This document shows positions 15,901 through 21,057 of a stretch of 21,057 nucleotides of DNA, in pieces (the first letter of the stretch is position 1; each line of letters begins with the position of its first letter). The stretch lies in contig JBFMCO010000067.1 of assembly GCA_040754495.1 (NCBI GenBank), positions 1-21,057 on the forward strand, given 5' to 3'. Source of the DNA: Candidatus Micrarchaeota archaeon. GTDB taxonomy: Archaea > Micrarchaeota > Micrarchaeia > Anstonellales > Bilamarchaeaceae. The notes under the pieces were generated by a model. That model ran no database searches, was not told the DNA's origin, and saw nothing but the letters and a program-made list of their open reading frames with translations. The translations under genes and the position numbers were made by a program.

Positions 15901-18900
15901 GCGTGAAAGCGGCATCTACGACTTCTTCATCGTCGTCTCCAACGCCGGCTGCGCCCATACGGTCCAGAACAACACCGGATCAGGCTACAGGCCCATAATG
16001 TACGCAAACACCTCGGTCTCCTGGAGCGACCTCGAGGCCTCTGAAGTCTTCCTGTGCGATGCTGACAACTCGGTCCTCCAGAACGTGTCGGCGAACGGCT
16101 CCGACACCCTTAGAAACAACGCTTTCTTCATGTTCCGGACCGACAACAGCCTCGTGAACGGCTCGGACTCGAGTGACAACTACTACAGCTTCTACCTGGA
16201 TTCGAGCAGCAACAACAGCCTCGCAAACAGCCGCGCCTCGAATTCCTCCCAGGGCTACGGGTATTACATCCTGAACAGCGCCAACAACACCCTGCGCGAC
16301 AACAGCGCCAACTACAGCGCCTACGGCTTCTACCTCTATTCGAACTCGAACGACAACCTACTCAGCAACAATACCGCCAACGCCACGGCTGCCGCCTTCT
16401 ACCTCTCCCAGGTCTCCGGAAACAACCTCACGAACAACACCGCCATCTCAGCGGGCGGCTACGGTTTCTACCTCTACACCGCTGCCAACGGTACGATAAC
16501 CAATAACCCCATATACTCCTACTACGGTGCATACCTGTCCTACTATTCGAACAACAACACGATAACAAACAATGCGATGTCACCACCGAACGAAGCATTC
16601 CACCTGTCGCTGAGCAGCGGGAACCGCATCGGAACGGGCGCAATCACTGGCTACGGGGCAGGGCGCGGCGTCTTCCTTGAGTCCGGCAGCGACAACAACA
16701 CGTTCGCCAACCTCAGCCTCGGCGGCTTCCCCTACGGCGTGTACCTTTTCGGGAGCAACACCGGCAACAACTTCACGGGCGACGCCCTGTGCAACAACAC
16801 GTACGGGACATACATCTTCAGGTCGAACCTGACGCGGCTGGCCGGGGAGCACTACTGCAACAACAGCTACGATTTCACGGCGAGCGCGGTAGGGGGCGGG
16901 GACATACTGGTAAGCGTGTCCTCGGCCATCTTCGACGGGCCGGCAGCGGACCTCACGAACTACACCAACCTGTCGCTGAGCGACATCGTATCATCGGGCT
17001 CGTCCTACATGATAAACTGGAGCAACCAGAGCGCCGCCCTGCCCGCGGAACGTATGAGCTTCGCGGGCAGGTTCGTCAATATCTCGAACCTGAGCGCCGG
17101 CGTCTCAATAGACAGCCTCAGCTGGACATGGCTCGACCCCGAGCTTTCAGGCTACGACGAAACGGCATTCGAGCTGTGGAAATACAACTCGAGTGGCTGG
17201 GCCGTCCTCAACAACACACCCAACACCTCGGCTAATATCCTCTCGCTCTCGAACCACAGCCCGGCAAGCTTGTACGGCATCCTTGAGGAGAACGCCTCCT
17301 GCGTCACACCGACCAACGACTACTACGTGAACGTGGACACGGTCTTCTGCCCCGGGACCTACAACCTTTCTGACACGGGCGCAACAGGTGTGATAATAGC
17401 AAATGCGAGCGGCATAACCATTACCTGTGATGGAACAGAACTTGTCGGGAACAACGCGGGCAGCGCCTTCTATGCATCAGCCAAGAGCGGCATAACTATA
17501 CAAGGATGCAAAATCCGGAATTATACAAACGGCATATACGTCAACCGCCCCAACCTCACCACGATAACAAACAACACCATCCGGAACACGACCTCCAACG
17601 GTATCTACTTCTACCAGTCCGGGGGCTCCAACTACGGCCACTCCACGATAGAGAACAACACGATAAGCGGCCCTGCAGCAGGCAGCTCCATCTACCTCTA
17701 CACCGCCGACGGCGGAACAGCGTTCAACACTACCGTCAGGGGCAATAGTTTCGGCAACTCCACATACGGCTTGCAGATGAGAACCGCTTCGCTGGGCGCC
17801 ACGGCCACTCAGTACAACTTCACACTCTCAGGCAACGACTGCTCCAACACAACGCGCTGTTTCTATCTCTATGATGCAGGGGGAGGCGCAATCAAGTATG
17901 GTAAATTCGAGAACAACACCCTCTCCGGCTCAACCTATGGGATCTACATCCAGGGCGGCGCATCAAAAGTGGTGGAGAACAACTTCAGCGGCAACGCGCT
18001 TTCCAACATAAACTCCTATGGCGTTTATTTCGTGGACTCGAATACCTATCAGAACCGCTTCTGGGACGCCAACACGTTCGACGGCTATCCCTTCTACCAC
18101 TACTATGATTTCAATGACACTTCGATGGGCAACCTTAGCATCAACGCCAGCGCCGATGCCACGAACCTGGGGCTTTTCACCGTTGTAGACAGCAGGAATT
18201 TCACCCTCTATGGCAGCAACATAAGCGGGGACAGGGAATACGGGATTTTCTTCTGGAGAGGGCTGAACTACACCGTGGAGGATGCAATCCTCTCCGGCAA
18301 CGGCAATGCGGGCAGCGAAGCGAACATATACATGTATAATGGCAACCGCAGCTCAATCAGCAACAACATCATCCGCGGCGGAAGGATAGGCATATTCGAC
18401 GATATGCCCCTCTTCGGTGTCCGAGCGCAAAACAACATCATAGCGAACACGACCAGCAGCGGCATATACGTAGACCGCCCATACGCCGAAATGATTACAA
18501 ACAACACCATAAGGAACGCCTCCTCCGGCGGGATTCATTTCTTCTATGACTGGGGCGGCAATTACGGCTACTCGGTTCTGGAGAACAACACCATAGACGG
18601 CCCTTCTGGAGGCAGCTCCATCTACTTCCAATCCACAACCAACGGGAACATGAGCAGCATAAACGTCACCAACAATAGCTTCGGAAACTCCACCTATGGC
18701 TTGCGGATGAGTTCCGGGTCGTGGATCAGCCCGGCCGCGCAGGACAACTACCGTGTCACAGGCAACAACTGCTCCAACACCACGCGCTGCTTCGCCCTCT
18801 ATGCGACGGGGGGGGCCTACGGCACCATACGGTATGGACGTTTCGAGAACAACACAATCTCAAACTCTACCTACGGCATCTACCTCGATGGAAGCTCCGG

Positions 18901-21057
18901 GCGGCTTGTTGAGAACAACTTCACCGGCAACGCGCTTTCCAGCATAACTTCCTATGGCGTGTATTTTGTCGATTCCAACCCCTACTACAACCGCTTCTGG
19001 GATGCCAACACGTTCGACGGCTATCCCTTCTACCACTACTACGATACCAATGACACCGCAGTAGGCGGTCTGGACATCAACGCCAGCGCCGACGCCACCA
19101 ACCTGGGGCTTTTCACAGTCGTACGCAGCGGTAATTTCACTTTCTACGGCAGCAACGTCAGCGGGGACCGGGAATACGGCGCCTTCCTCTGGATAACGGT
19201 GAACTCAACTGTCGAGAACGCCACGTTTTCCAGCAACGGCAACGCGGGCGATGAGGCAAACGTATACCTCTACAACGACAACCGCAGCTCAATCAGCAAC
19301 AACATCATCCGCGGCGGAAGGATAGGCATATTCGACGATATGCCCCTCCTCGGTGTCCAGGCGCAAAACAACATCATAGCGAACACGACCAGCAGCGGCA
19401 TATACGTAGACCGCCCCAAGTTCAACAGCATTGCCAACAACACCATCCGGAACACGACCTCCAACGGCATCTATTTCTACCAGTCGGGAGGCTCCAACTA
19501 CGGCTACTCCACAATAGAGAACAACACGATAAGCGGCCCTGCAGCAGGCAGCTCCATCTACCTCTACACCGCCGACGGCGGAACATCATACGATGTCAAT
19601 GTTACGAACAACAGCTTCGGCAACTCTGCATACGGATTGCGGATGGGAACCGGCTCCTGGGTCGGCAGCGGGACCGGTCTGTACAACTACACTATCGTAG
19701 GCAACGACTGCTCCAACACAACACGATGCTTCTATCTTTCTGCGACCGGAGGCTCATCGGGCGTAATCAAGTATGACCGGTTCGAGGACAACCTGTTATC
19801 CAACTCAACCTACGGCATTTGCCTCGAGGGCAGCCCCTCAAGGCTGGTGGAGAACAACTTCAGCGGCAATGTTGTAAATGCCAGTTCATATCCGCTATAC
19901 TTTAGTGATGCGAATCCGGCCAATAACAGCTTCTTCGATATCACCCTCATCAACGATGTCTCCGGCAATTTCATCTACAACCCCGGCGCATCGACCAACT
20001 ATTCAAATATAACGTTCGCCCGCAACCAGGGCAGGATAAACTTCCCACCGGGCAACATATCGCTGGCAAAGAGCGTCAATAGCGGCAACACTGTCCTGAA
20101 CTCGGACATCGCCTCGATAAACTCGACCTACCTTACGGAGTTCGCAATCCCTGCCAATGTCACCACCTACGCGCCCCAGTGCCCTGCCCTCGTTATGTGG
20201 AAGGCCGGATTTCCGACGACCTCGGCAAATATAGTCTCGGCAGGCAGCCTGTGCAGCGAGCCCCAGTGCGCCCTCATTTCCTGCAGCTCCAATCTCGTGC
20301 AGTTCTCGGTGGCGAACTTCTCAGGTTACACAGCGAACATCACAGCCGCCGCCAATGTCTCTGCAATCAAGCTGGACCAGACGGCGGCCCAGCCATCGCC
20401 CGGAGGCCTCGTTCAGTTCAATATGACCGTGAACAACACTGGCGATTTCAGCCTTAACGTCACCGTCAGCGACATGCTGCCATCTGGACTTTCTTTCTCC
20501 TCCGCGTTCCCCGCGAACTCCTCTCCGGGACCGGTCTGGATTTACAACGGCCTTGCCCCCGGAAACAGCACCGTATTCTACATAAATGCCACTGTAGCTC
20601 CCTGGACGGTGAACGCTTCAGTGCCGGTCAGCAACCTCACAAACTACGTAAACGTGACCGGCCAGCCTGCCAGCGGGAGCAACGTCACTGGGGAGAGCTA
20701 CGCCAACGTGACAGTCTACTACGCCAACGTTTCCGTCCTGAAACTCGACCAAACCGCCCTCCAGCCATCGCCTGGCGGCATCGTCCAGTTCAACCTCACG
20801 ATAACGAACACGGGCAACGTGTCGCTGAGTCCGGTAGAGCTGACCGACGAGCTTCCATCCGGTCTCACCTTCGTTTCTTCTTCGCCTGCGCCTGATTCGG
20901 TGCTCGGTCAGTCCATAGACTGGGACGATATCGGCCCCCTCGCTCCAGGCGCTTCTTCAGTCGTATACCTCAATGCCACAGTGGATGCCGGCGCGGTGAA
21001 TGCCTCGGTGCCGGCAAGAAACCTCACAAACTACGTCGAGGCCGTCGGCGTCCCGCC
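12966..21057 (+). CDS. Giant secreted surface protein/adhesin (about 2,700 aa or more, 3' end beyond window): signal peptide, NosD/CASH-like right-handed beta-helix modules, Cys-rich linker domains and DUF11-like Ig repeats; frameshift at 13170-13173
   Basis: Signal peptide MRRIILLALIIAGLVHPA. After a -1 shift I translated the frame from 13172 to the window end by hand and found no stop. It has Asn/Ser/Thr/Tyr-rich GIYL..S.NN.I.NN repeats and DUF11-like units (IKLDQ...QFNMTVNNTG...SDMLPSGLSF) from about 20350. Confidence 0.9.
13310..14640 (+). repeat. Internal duplication in the first beta-helix module, period 927 nt (309 aa)
   Basis: TYGIYVRPGSANSSYN...FMGYNSFVNN...AGDNGLAYNQYN at 13310 recurs as TYGIRIRPGAANSYYN...FMGYNRFVNN...AGDNGLAQNQYN at 14237. 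Confidence 0.85.
17531..19900 (+). repeat. About 2.5 tandem copies of a 930-936 nt (310-312 aa) unit in the third beta-helix module
   Basis: GIYV(N/D)RP anchors at 17531, 18461 and 19397; 18343-18480 versus 19279-19416 differ at 3 of 138 nt. Confidence 0.9.

Noticed and set aside
17531-19900. CRISPR array or diversity-generating retroelement TR/VR pair
   Set aside because: The repeats are long, in-frame and coding with no spacers. Mismatches are mostly synonymous and not adenine-specific, and there is no reverse transcriptase or cas gene in the window.
13358-20457. Many short ORFs on both strands within the giant gene
   Set aside because: All are off-frame or antisense to one continuous reading frame from 13172 to the window end.

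Overview
Archaeal genomic DNA, judged from the group II chaperonin, SRP54, ATP-dependent DNA ligase, TATA boxes and GAGGTGA Shine-Dalgarno sites. Compact gene packing plus a giant surface protein suggest a DPANN lineage such as Micrarchaeota (inference). The left half is a GC-rich housekeeping block: cation:proton antiporter fused to a GNAT domain, SRP54, DASS transporter, thermosome, acylphosphatase, a TTG-start hypothetical gene, leucyl aminopeptidase and DNA ligase. The main discovery is at 10674-12866. A free-standing intein-type LAGLIDADG endonuclease gene sits antisense between a complete, lower-GC myo-inositol-1-phosphate synthase gene (ino1) and an unannotated orphaned 20-codon GC-rich copy of an ino1 3' end (PRQMSDPEARAELEKYIRGG*). 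This looks like a homing cassette that split the native ino1 and supplied a replacement allele. From 12966 to the window end is one giant secreted beta-helix/DUF11 surface-protein gene of about 2,700 codons or more, which the ORF track missed. It is broken by a single missing G at 13170-13173 and built from mosaic ~310-aa super-repeats. All counts were made by hand and no database searches were run.
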